32,481 nucleotides of DNA from an uncultured Collinsella sp. (GTDB taxonomy: Bacteria > Actinomycetota > Coriobacteriia > Coriobacteriales > Coriobacteriaceae), in assembly GCA_902482045.1 (NCBI GenBank), contig CABSYS010000001.1, forward strand, positions 1 through 32,481, in the 5' to 3' direction. Below, piece after piece: positions 9,318 to 17,471 of the stretch. Position 1 is the stretch's first letter. Each line of letters begins with the position of its first letter. The position numbers and the translations under genes were made by a program. The notes under the pieces are model-generated. The model ran no database searches and had not been told where the DNA came from. It saw only the letters and a program-made list of their open reading frames with translations.

Positions 9318-10238
9318 GTGGCAACTCAGAAATTCACCGGCGTTATCCCTCCCGTCGTTGTTCCCGATACCGAAGACCACCAGCTTGATGTTGCCTCCTT
9401 TGAGCGCAGCATCAACCGCATGATCGATGCCGGCGTCGATGGCCTGTTCTTCCTGGGCTCCTCGGGCGAGGTCGTCTTCTCCACCGACGAGCGCCGCCGC
9501 CAGATTGTCGCCGAGGCCGTGCGCATCGTCGACCACCGCGTTCCCGTTCTGGTCGGCATCATCGATACCGAGACCGAGCGCATGATCGAGCATGGTAAGG
9601 TCGCTCAGGAGCTGGGCGCCGATGCGCTTGTCGCCACCTGCCCGTTCTATGCCCTGCAGGGCATGACCGAGGTCGAGGAGCACTTCCGCATCCTGCACGA
9701 GGAGCTCGACCTGCCCATCTTTGCCTATGACATTCCCGTCTGCGTCCACACCAAGCTCCCCTGGAAGCTCCTTGCCAAGCTCGGCGCCGAGGGCGTCCTG
9801 GCCGGCGTCAAGGATTCCTCGGGTGATGACATCTCGTTCCGCTACCTCGTTCAGGAGAACGAGAAGAACGGTCATCCGATGAGCATCCTCACCGGTCACG
9901 AGGTCGTTGTCGACGGCGCTTACCTCGGTGGCGCCGACGGTTCTGTCCCGGGTCTCGCTAACGTTGAGCCCGAGGGCTACGTGCGCCAGTGGAAGGCCGC
10001 TCAGGCCGGCGACTGGGCTACCGTCAAGGCCGAGCAGGATCGCCTCAACGAGATTTCCCACATCTGGGATGTCACCTCGGGCGTTCAGGGCTATGCCGGT
10101 GGCGTCGGCGCCTTCAAGACCGCTATGAACCTCATGGGCATCTTCGACAGCCCGACCATGCCGCGCCCGGTGAAGGCCATGACCGGCGAGAACGTCGAGG
10201 CGATTAAGAAGGTCCTCCAGGACAACGGTCTCCTGTAA
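9318..10238 (+). CDS. nanA: N-acetylneuraminate lyase (DHDPS/NAL family)
   Basis: RBS AAGGAG with GTG start; GSSGE motif, catalytic Tyr (AYDIP) and Schiff-base Lys (GVKDSSG); clustered with a ROK kinase and nanE. Confidence 0.85.
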   Translation: MATQKFTGVIPPVVVPDTEDHQLDVASFERSINRMIDAGVDGLFFLGSSGEVVFSTDERRRQIVAEAVRIVDHRVPVLVGIIDTETERMIEHGKVAQELGADALVATCPFYALQGMTEVEEHFRILHEELDLPIFAYDIPVCVHTKLPWKLLAKLGAEGVLAGVKDSSGDDISFRYLVQENEKNGHPMSILTGHEVVVDGAYLGGADGSVPGLANVEPEGYVRQWKAAQAGDWATVKAEQDRLNEISHIWDVTSGVQGYAGGVGAFKTAMNLMGIFDSPTMPRPVKAMTGENVEAIKKVLQDNGLL

Positions 10239-10241
10239 AGC

Positions 10242-10337
10242 TTCCCCAGGCACCCGATCTTGGGGCTCAAGTGGTCGGGCGTGACCCATTAGGTCAACGC
10301 CCGACCACTTTCACCCCAACCTCGGGCACCTGGGAAA
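10242..10337. repeat. Long imperfect inverted repeat between nanA and nanK
   Basis: cccagg..cccga..ttgggg..aagtggtcgggcgt / acgcccgaccactt..ccccaa..tcggg..cctggg. Confidence 0.8.
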
Positions 10338-10408
10338 CCTTTACCAAGTTGCGGCGATAACACCGCCTTCATTTCCTGTAGTTGTTTTTATCTCCGAAGG
10401 AGAGCGAC

Positions 10409-11374
10409 ATGGAGAACAAGTACGTCTGCTCTGTCGACATCGGCGGAACTAAGATCGCGACCGCCATTATGGAGTACCCGGCTGACGGCAGCGTGCCCCA
10501 TCCCGTATTTGAGGCCGAGGTTCCTACTGAGGCCCAGGAGGGCGGCGAGGCCGTCTTCCAGCGTATCGAGGCGTCCATCAAGGCCGCTCTTGAGGCGAAT
10601 CCCGATGTCGAGGTCCTCGGTGTCGGTATCGGTGCCGCAGGCGTCGTCGATCCCAAGACGGGCGCCATCGCGTATGCCAACGAGATCATGCCCGGCTGGT
10701 CCGGCGTTCAGTTGGGGCCGCGCCTGCGCGAGGACCTTGGTCTCCCCGTTGCCGTGGTGGGCGACGTGCAGGCTCATGCTCTGGGCGAGGCCCACTGGGG
10801 CGTCGGCAAGGGCAAGTTCTCCGTCTTGTGTCTGGGCATCGGTACGGGCATCGGCGGCGCATATGTCGAGAACGGCCGCGTGATGCAGGGCTTCCATGGT
10901 GCTGCCGGCCATATGGGCCACATCGAGTGTTCGGCTGCCGCCGGCATTCCCTGCGCCTGCGGGCGTTCTGGCCATCTTGAGTCGGTAGCCTCGGGCACCT
11001 CGATTGGCCGTATGTACGACGAGCGCTTCGGTCGCGTCGACCCCAGCCGTCCTTCGGTCGGTCGCGACGTGAACGACCTGTGCCGTGCTGGCGACGCAAA
11101 GGCGACCGAGGTCATCCATGACGCCGGCTTTGCGCTGGGTGCCAGCTTGGGCTCGCTCGCTAACATCCTGGACCCTGAGGTCATCGTGCTTTCGGGTGGC
11201 GTGATTCACCAAGGTCCCGATTGGCGTTCGCAGACGTGGAAGGATTCGGTGCACGAGGGCTATGCCAGCCAGGCGCTCGATCCGCTTCAGGACACGCCGA
11301 TCCTCATCGGTTCTCTGGAGGGCGATGCTCCGCTCATCGGTGCCGCCGAACACCTTCTTGCATCGTTGAAGTAA
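10409..11374 (+). CDS. nanK: ROK-family kinase, likely N-acetylmannosamine kinase
   Basis: VDIGGTK phosphate loop, GIGTGIGG, Zn motif GHMGH...CACGRSGHLE; no N-terminal HTH; lies between nanA and nanE. Confidence 0.82.
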   Translation: MENKYVCSVDIGGTKIATAIMEYPADGSVPHPVFEAEVPTEAQEGGEAVFQRIEASIKAALEANPDVEVLGVGIGAAGVVDPKTGAIAYANEIMPGWSGVQLGPRLREDLGLPVAVVGDVQAHALGEAHWGVGKGKFSVLCLGIGTGIGGAYVENGRVMQGFHGAAGHMGHIECSAAAGIPCACGRSGHLESVASGTSIGRMYDERFGRVDPSRPSVGRDVNDLCRAGDAKATEVIHDAGFALGASLGSLANILDPEVIVLSGGVIHQGPDWRSQTWKDSVHEGYASQALDPLQDTPILIGSLEGDAPLIGAAEHLLASLK

Positions 11375-11391
11375 ACATAACTACCAAGTGC

Positions 11392-11489
11392 GCCTTCTGA
11401 GGTGCCGCAGATTGACGTGAAAGAGGAGCGAAGCGTACTTCGGTACGCGAGCGACGGTTTGAACGTCAAGGTGCGGTGTCTCAGAAGGC
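11392..11489 (+). repeat. Structured palindromic intergenic element (~98 bp)
   Basis: gccttctgag/ctcagaaggc outer stem, ttgacgt/acgtcaa middle stem, gcgtac-TTCG-gtacgc apex. Confidence 0.8.
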
Positions 11490-11514
11490 TGTTTTGAGAA
11501 AGGTTGAGTCGAAC

Positions 11515-12201
11515 ATGACCGTCGATCCTTTGGTTCAATCCCTGAAGGGCAAGCTCGTCGTGAGCGTTCAGGCGTATATGGGCGAGCCGCTTCGTACGCC
11601 CGAGACCATGGCTCAAATGTCTCGTGCTTGCGAGCTCGGCGGCGCCGCCGCCATTCGCTGCCAGGGCCTTGCCGACATCGCCGCCATTAAGGGCCGCTGC
11701 GAGGTCCCCGTCATCGGCTTGTGGAAGGATGGACACGAGGGCGTCTACATCACGCCGACGCTGCGTCATGCTCGCGCCTGCGTTGCTGCGGGTGCCGACA
11801 TCGTGGCAATTGATGCCACTGATCGCCCGCGTCCTGATGGCAAGACCGTCGAGGACACCTTCCGTCCGCTGCACGAGGAGGGTGTGCTCCTGATGGCCGA
11901 CTGCGCCACCATCGAGGACATTCGCCGTGCGGTTGATATGGGCTTTGACCTGGTATCCACTACGCTTTCTCATGGTGTCGCCGCCATCGACTGCACCATG
12001 GCCGATGGCCCCGATCTGCCGCTCCTGCGTCAGGCGACCGAGGAATTCCCCGGTCTTCCCATCATCTGCGAGGGCCGCGTGCACACGCCCGAGGAAGCCC
12101 GCGCCGCGATTGATGCGGGCGCCTGGGCCGTTGTCGTCGGCACCGCCATCACGCACCCCACGAGTATTACAAGTTGGTTCAAGGCTGCGCTTGAGGCGTA
12201 A
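11515..12201 (+). CDS. nanE: N-acetylmannosamine-6-phosphate 2-epimerase
   Basis: LVVSVQA, GAAAIR, PVIGLWK (catalytic Lys), YITPT, EGRVHTP and VVVGTAITHP motifs. Confidence 0.95.
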   Translation: MTVDPLVQSLKGKLVVSVQAYMGEPLRTPETMAQMSRACELGGAAAIRCQGLADIAAIKGRCEVPVIGLWKDGHEGVYITPTLRHARACVAAGADIVAIDATDRPRPDGKTVEDTFRPLHEEGVLLMADCATIEDIRRAVDMGFDLVSTTLSHGVAAIDCTMADGPDLPLLRQATEEFPGLPIICEGRVHTPEEARAAIDAGAWAVVVGTAITHPTSITSWFKAALEA

Positions 12202-12252
12202 GACAGGCCTCGTATCCGCTTGGGGCGGTATACTCAATAAAGGCAATTGATC

Positions 12253-12288
12253 GCGCGGGATCCGCTGGCCGGGTCCCGCGCTTGTTTT
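12253..12288 (+). terminator. Probable intrinsic terminator of the nan cluster
   Basis: gcgcgggatcc...gggtcccgcgc followed by ttgtttt. Confidence 0.6.
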
Positions 12289-12317
12289 AGGAGGCACATG
12301 TGCAAAAGGGAGATGCC

Positions 12318-13220
12318 ATGGATGCGGCGGAGCGCTCGGAGCGCATCCCCGATATCGTCATCATCACCGGAATGTCCGGATCGGGCCGAACGCAGGCCAT
12401 GCATGTGTTCGAGGACATGGGCTATTTTTGCATCGACAACTTGCCTCCGCGTCTGATCGCCCAGCTTGCCGAACTCGTCGGCATCAATACGGGCGTGGGC
12501 AGGCATCTTGCCGTCACCTGTGACCTGCGCAGCCAGGGCTTGTTCGATGAGCTGCTCGATGCCGTTGCCGCACTCGAGGAGCGGGAGATGAGCTGTGACA
12601 TCGTGTTTCTCGAGGCCTCTGACGAGGTGCTGATCCGTCGTTATAGCGAAAACCGCCGCCGCCACCCCATTGCCAAGCCGGGGGAGACTACGGCCGATGC
12701 GATTCAGCGCGAGCGCCTGCAGCTGCAGGGTGTGCGCGATCGAGCCGATATGATTATCGATACGAGCCGCTTGCGCACTTCTGCTCTGCGCAATAAATTG
12801 CGCATGGCGTTCTCCGAGCTGTCCGACCAGCAGCTCATGGACGTTCACGTGTTCTCGTTTGGCTTTAAGCACGGCATGCCCGTCGAGGCGGACATTATGA
12901 TCGACGTCCGCTTCCTGCCCAATCCGTTCTACGATCCCGAGATGCGCACCATGACCGGTCTCGATAAGAAAGTCTCTGACTTTGTTTTGGACCATCCCAA
13001 GACCCAGGAGTTCTGGAAGGCTTGGACGCAGCTGCTCGATACGGTCATGCCCGGCTATATCGCGGAGGGCAAGCCACAGCTTTCTATTGCCATCGGCTGC
13101 ACGGGCGGTCAACACCGCAGCGTTGCCATCGCCGAGGCCACGGCACGTTATTTGGAAGGCGCCCAATATCACGTGAGCATTTCCCATCGCGACCTGTCGC
13201 GCGCCAACACGAAAGCATAG
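12318..13220 (+). CDS. rapZ: RNase adapter / P-loop nucleotide-binding protein RapZ (YvcJ)
   Basis: IITGMSGSGRT, GYFCIDNLPP, RRRHP, SFGFKHG, DVRFLPNP, IGCTGGQHRSV. Confidence 0.95.
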   Translation: MDAAERSERIPDIVIITGMSGSGRTQAMHVFEDMGYFCIDNLPPRLIAQLAELVGINTGVGRHLAVTCDLRSQGLFDELLDAVAALEEREMSCDIVFLEASDEVLIRRYSENRRRHPIAKPGETTADAIQRERLQLQGVRDRADMIIDTSRLRTSALRNKLRMAFSELSDQQLMDVHVFSFGFKHGMPVEADIMIDVRFLPNPFYDPEMRTMTGLDKKVSDFVLDHPKTQEFWKAWTQLLDTVMPGYIAEGKPQLSIAIGCTGGQHRSVAIAEATARYLEGAQYHVSISHRDLSRANTKA

Positions 13221-13226
13221 GTCTGC

Positions 13227-14156
13227 ATGTCGTTTACCGCCGAGGTGCGTGACGAGCTCGCGCGCTGCGAACCCGAATGTGAATACTGCGATTTGTCGAC
13301 GCTTGCCGCCCTGACGCGTGTGAGCGGTACACTTTCGCTGGCCGGCTCCGGGCGGTATCGTTTGACGGTCGCGACTGAGACGGGTGCCGTCGCGCGCACG
13401 ATGATCACACTGACGCATCGCATCCTTAAGCTCAAAACGGAATTCACCGTTCGTAAATCGGTCTTGCATAAGGTCCGTAACTATCTCATTACCCTGCCCG
13501 ATCAGCCCGACCTGGACAAGGCTCTGGTGCTGCTGGGCATTCTCGACCGCAGGGGAGGGCTCGTCGCTGGTGTTCCCCGGCACATCGTTGCCCGTCCCTG
13601 CTGCAGGCTTGCCTACATCCGCGGCGCGCTCATCGCCGGCGGTTTCGTGGCCGATCCACGCGGCGATTTTCATTTGGAGATTGCGGTGCAGGGCGAGCAG
13701 TATGCCCGGGGGCTTTGCGATCTATTGGAGCAGATTGGGGTCCATGCGCGCGTTAACGCGCGGCGCGGATCCTTTGCCGTCTACATTAAGAGCGCCGAGG
13801 AGATCGAGCAGCTTCTAAAGCTGGTCGGCGCCAAGCGCAGCGTTGCCGAGATCGAGGAAGCGCGCGCGGTCAAATTGGTTAAGAACGACGTAAACCGTCG
13901 CGTGAATGCCGAGCTGGCCAATCAGACCAGAAGTGCGGGTGCCGCCCAGCATCAGCTTGCGTTGATCGATGAGCTCGAACAGCGGGGTTTGCGCGACACG
14001 CTTCCGGACGCCTTGGCGGTCTTTTGCGACCTGCGCGAGCGCTATCCTGATCTGTCACTGCGCGATCTGGGGGAGATGGCTGACCCTCCCTTGTCGAAGT
14101 CGGCCCTCTACCATCGAGTTTTGAGGCTTGAAAAGCTCATTGAAGCAAACAAGTAG
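13227..14156 (+). CDS. whiA: DNA-binding protein WhiA
   Basis: MSFTAEVRDEL start, LAGLIDADG-like YIRGALIAGG...HLEI, VNRRVNAELAN, C-terminal HTH (PDLSLRDLG...PPLSKSALYHR). Confidence 0.95.
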   Translation: MSFTAEVRDELARCEPECEYCDLSTLAALTRVSGTLSLAGSGRYRLTVATETGAVARTMITLTHRILKLKTEFTVRKSVLHKVRNYLITLPDQPDLDKALVLLGILDRRGGLVAGVPRHIVARPCCRLAYIRGALIAGGFVADPRGDFHLEIAVQGEQYARGLCDLLEQIGVHARVNARRGSFAVYIKSAEEIEQLLKLVGAKRSVAEIEEARAVKLVKNDVNRRVNAELANQTRSAGAAQHQLALIDELEQRGLRDTLPDALAVFCDLRERYPDLSLRDLGEMADPPLSKSALYHRVLRLEKLIEANK

Positions 14157-14201
14157 TTTGAAGTATCGACTTATATACGGATTTAGCTGCTATTTTATTC
14201 T

Positions 14202-14277
14202 TTAAAACGTTTTAACGTAAATTTGATTTTCAATTTCGAGCATTCTCGTGAAATTCAAGTCAAAAAAAAGGTATATT
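14202..14277 (+). promoter_or_regulatory. AT-rich gap promoter region with a perfect 14-bp palindrome TTAAAACGTTTTAA and a candidate -10 TATATT
   Basis: Palindrome at 14202-14215 and TATATT at 14272-14277, in an AT-rich intergenic stretch of a GC-rich window. Confidence 0.55.
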
Positions 14278-14349
14278 AGGCGAGTGGTTAGTTTGTGGGC
14301 CTCAACGGCGGGCGCTGTAGCTCGCGGGGGCCTTACGAAAGGAGACACA

Positions 14350-15375
14350 ATGGCAGTAAAGGTTGCTATTAACGGCTTCGGTCGCATCGGTCGTCTGGCT
14401 TTCCGTCAGATGTTCGGTCATGAGGGCTCCGAGATCGTCGCTATCAACGACCTCACCTCTCCCGATATGCTCGCTTACCTGCTGAAGTACGACTCCACGC
14501 AGGGCAACTACGCTCGCGATCACGAGGTCGTTGCTGGCGAGGATTCCATCACCGTTGACGGCAAGGAGATCAAGATCTACAAGGAGGCCGACGCCAACAA
14601 CCTGCCTTGGGGCGACCTCGACGTCGACGTCGTTCTCGAGTGCACCGGCTTCTACACCAGCAAGGCTAAGGCTCAGGCCCACATCAACGCTGGCGCCAAG
14701 AAGGTCGTCATCTCCGCTCCGGCCGGCAGCGATCTGCCCACCATCGTGTACAACGTCAACCATGAGACGCTGACCGCTGAGGACAACATCATCTCCGCTG
14801 CTTCCTGCACCACCAACTGCCTTGCCCCGATGGCCAAGGGTCTCAACGACTTCGCTCCCATCGTGTCCGGCATCATGACCACCATCCACGCCTTCACCGG
14901 CGACCAGATGCCGCTCGACGGCCCGCAGCGCAAGGGCAACTTCCGTCGCTCCCGCGCCTGCTCCGAGAACATCGTCCCGAACACCACGGGCGCTGCCAAG
15001 GCCATCGGCCTGGTTCTCCCCGAGCTCAACGGCAAGCTCATCGGTGCCGCCCAGCGCGTCCCGACGCCGACCGGCTCGCTGACCAACCTCTACGCCGTCG
15101 TTGACAAGAAGGTCACCGTCGACGAGGTCAACGCTGCCATGAAGGCCTACGCCGAGACCATCCCCGATACCTTCGCCTACAACGAGGACCAGATCGTCTC
15201 CCGCGACATCGTCGGCGAGACCCACGGCTCCATCTTCGACGCCACGCAGACCATGTGCTCTGACCTCGGCAACGGCCAGACCCTCGTTCAGGTCACCTCT
15301 TGGTACGACAACGAGAACTCCTACACCTCTCAGATGGTCCGCACCATCAAGTACTTCGAGAAGTTCGTTGCTTAA
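14350..15375 (+). CDS. gap: Glyceraldehyde-3-phosphate dehydrogenase, type I
   Basis: [34 protein letters not shown]. Confidence 0.98.
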   Translation: MAVKVAINGFGRIGRLAFRQMFGHEGSEIVAINDLTSPDMLAYLLKYDSTQGNYARDHEVVAGEDSITVDGKEIKIYKEADANNLPWGDLDVDVVLECTGFYTSKAKAQAHINAGAKKVVISAPAGSDLPTIVYNVNHETLTAEDNIISAASCTTNCLAPMAKGLNDFAPIVSGIMTTIHAFTGDQMPLDGPQRKGNFRRSRACSENIVPNTTGAAKAIGLVLPELNGKLIGAAQRVPTPTGSLTNLYAVVDKKVTVDEVNAAMKAYAETIPDTFAYNEDQIVSRDIVGETHGSIFDATQTMCSDLGNGQTLVQVTSWYDNENSYTSQMVRTIKYFEKFVA

Positions 15376-15412
15376 TTTAGCTTTTAGCGAATAGCTCGTT
15401 GAGCGTCTAAAG

Positions 15413-15459
15413 AAGGGCGCGGCCTTATAGGGCTTACACCCTAGGGTCGCGTCCTTTTT
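15413..15459 (+). terminator. Intrinsic terminator-like hairpin after gap
   Basis: aagggcgcggcc...ggtcgcgtcctt followed by a T-run. Confidence 0.7.
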
Positions 15460-15515
15460 ATAAGAAATCGTCTGCCGTAATGGAAGGCAGACACGTACGA
15501 AAGGTAGAAGCAAAC

Positions 15516-16706
15516 ATGGCCTTTACCAAGAAGACCGTCCGCGACATCGATGTCGACGGCAAGCGCGTTCTCGTCCGCGTTGACTTCAACGTGCCTATCA
15601 AGGATGGCGTCGTTGGCGACACCACCCGTATTAAGGCTGCCCTGCCCACCATCAACTACCTCGTTGAGCACAACGCTCGCGTCATCCTCATGAGCCACCT
15701 CGGCCGTCCTGAGGGCACTGGCTTCCAGCCCGAGCTTTCCCTCGAGCCTGTCGCCAAGAAGCTCGCTGAGCTCTCTGGCCTTGACGTTGCTTTTGTTGCC
15801 GACACGTATGGCGAGAAGGCCGCCGAGGCTGTCGCCGCCGTCGAGCCGGGCAAGGTCCTCGTTCTCGAGAACGTCCGTTTTGACAAGCGTGAGAAGAAGA
15901 ACGATCCCGAGATCGCCAAGAAGCTCGCTTCCTATGGTGACGTCTTCGTTCTCGATGCCTTCGGCACCGCTCACCGCGCCCAGGGTTCCGTCGTGGGCCC
16001 CGCCGCTTACCTGCCTGCCGTCGCCGGCTTCCTGCTCGAGAAGGAGGTCGACACGCTGACCGGCATCTTCGCCGAGCCCGAGCGCCCCTTCGTCGCCATC
16101 GTCGGCGGTTCCAAGGTTTCCTCCAAGATCGGCGTTCTCGATCACCTCATCGACTCCGCTGATACCCTGATCATCGGTGGCGGCATGGCCTACACTTTCT
16201 TCCTGGCTCAGGGCCTGTCCGTCGGTCAGTCCCTCAAGGAAGAGGACTGGGTCGAGCGCGCCGGTGAGATGCTCAAGAAGGCCGAGGAGAAGGGCGTCAA
16301 GATCCTGCTCCCCATCGACAACCGCGTTGCCGATCACTTTGGCGAGGACGCTGTCCCCGAGGTTGTCGCTTCCGACGCTATCCCCGACGACCGCGAGGGT
16401 ATGGACATCGGCCCCAAGACCGAGGAGCTTTACGCCGAGGCCGTCAAGGGCGCCAAGACCGTGTTCTGGAACGGCCCCATGGGCGTCTTCGAGTTCGACA
16501 ACTTCGCTCACGGCACCCAGGCTATCGCCGAGGCTGTCGCCGAGGCCGACTGCACCTCGATCATCGGCGGTGGCGACTCTGTCGCAGCTGTCAACAAGTT
16601 CAACCTGGCCGACAAGATGAGCTGGATCTCCACCGGTGGTGGCGCTTCCATGGAGCTCGTCGAGGGTAAGGCCCTGCCCGGAGTGGAGGCGCTTCTCGAT
16701 GCCTAA
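15516..16706 (+). CDS. pgk: Phosphoglycerate kinase
   Basis: RVDFNVP, SHLGRP, DAFGTAHR, WNGPMGVFE, STGGGASME. Confidence 0.98.
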   Translation: MAFTKKTVRDIDVDGKRVLVRVDFNVPIKDGVVGDTTRIKAALPTINYLVEHNARVILMSHLGRPEGTGFQPELSLEPVAKKLAELSGLDVAFVADTYGEKAAEAVAAVEPGKVLVLENVRFDKREKKNDPEIAKKLASYGDVFVLDAFGTAHRAQGSVVGPAAYLPAVAGFLLEKEVDTLTGIFAEPERPFVAIVGGSKVSSKIGVLDHLIDSADTLIIGGGMAYTFFLAQGLSVGQSLKEEDWVERAGEMLKKAEEKGVKILLPIDNRVADHFGEDAVPEVVASDAIPDDREGMDIGPKTEELYAEAVKGAKTVFWNGPMGVFEFDNFAHGTQAIAEAVAEADCTSIIGGGDSVAAVNKFNLADKMSWISTGGGASMELVEGKALPGVEALLDA

Positions 16707-17466
16707 TCGCACCCTTCTCATCGCTGGTAACTGGAAGATGAACAACGACGTCGCCGAGGCCGCCAAACTCGCCGACGAGCTGGCTCAGGCTCTGCCCGAG
16801 GTTCCGGCTGGCGTCGAGGTGCTCGTCTGCCCTCCGACCATCGACATCACCACGGTTCATGACCGCATTCAGGCTGCCCCCATCGCCCTCGGTGCACAGA
16901 ACGTGTACTGGGAGGCCAAGGGTGCCTTCACCGGTGAGTCCTCTTGCGACATGCTCAAGTCCGCTGGCTGCACCTACTGCATCATCGGTCACTCTGAGCG
17001 TCGCGACTACTTCCACGAGACCGACGAGGATCAGAACATGAAGGCCAAGGCCCTCGTTGCCGCAGGTCTTGTTCCCGTCTTCTGCTGCGGCGAGTCCCTT
17101 GAGGTCCGCGAGGCTGGCACCTATGTCGAGCACGTCGTGAACCAGGTCAAGGCTGGCCTTGCTGGTCTTGAGATCACTTGCCCCAAGCAGGTCGTCGTCG
17201 CCTACGAGCCCATCTGGGCCATTGGCACCGGCAAGACCGCTACCGCCGAGGACGCTCAGGAGGTCTGCGGCGCTATCCGTGAGACCCTCAAGGAGATGTT
17301 CGGCGAGGAGCTCGCTAACGGCATTCGCGTTCTCTATGGTGGCTCTGCCAAGCCCGGTAACATCGCCGAGCTCGTCGCCAAGCCCGACGTTGACGGCGCC
17401 CTCGTGGGCGGCGCTTCGCTCAAGGCTGCCGACTTCGCCTCTATGGTCGTCAAGGCAGGCGAGTAG
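16699..17466 (+). CDS. tpiA: Triosephosphate isomerase
   Basis: AGNWKMN, GHSERR, AYEPIWAIGTG, LVGGASL; overlaps the pgk stop. Confidence 0.98.
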   Translation: MPNRTLLIAGNWKMNNDVAEAAKLADELAQALPEVPAGVEVLVCPPTIDITTVHDRIQAAPIALGAQNVYWEAKGAFTGESSCDMLKSAGCTYCIIGHSERRDYFHETDEDQNMKAKALVAAGLVPVFCCGESLEVREAGTYVEHVVNQVKAGLAGLEITCPKQVVVAYEPIWAIGTGKTATAEDAQEVCGAIRETLKEMFGEELANGIRVLYGGSAKPGNIAELVAKPDVDGALVGGASLKAADFASMVVKAGE

Positions 17467-17471
17467 GACAT

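Noticed and set aside
1414..12295. Imperfect inverted repeat at the edges of the nan block (gcctctaaacaa 1414-1425 versus ttgttttaggaggc 12282-12295)
   Set aside because: Only 12 bp with two indels, no target duplication and no transposase; compatible with chance.
12354..12395. RapZ Walker A has Arg in place of Lys (GMSGSGRT)
   Set aside because: The GR variant is common in actinobacterial RapZ/YvcJ proteins, so it is not evidence of inactivation.
14245..14265. Possible Rex box upstream of gap
   Set aside because: Only a partial left half (GTGAA) matches TTGTGAA-N4-TTCACAA.
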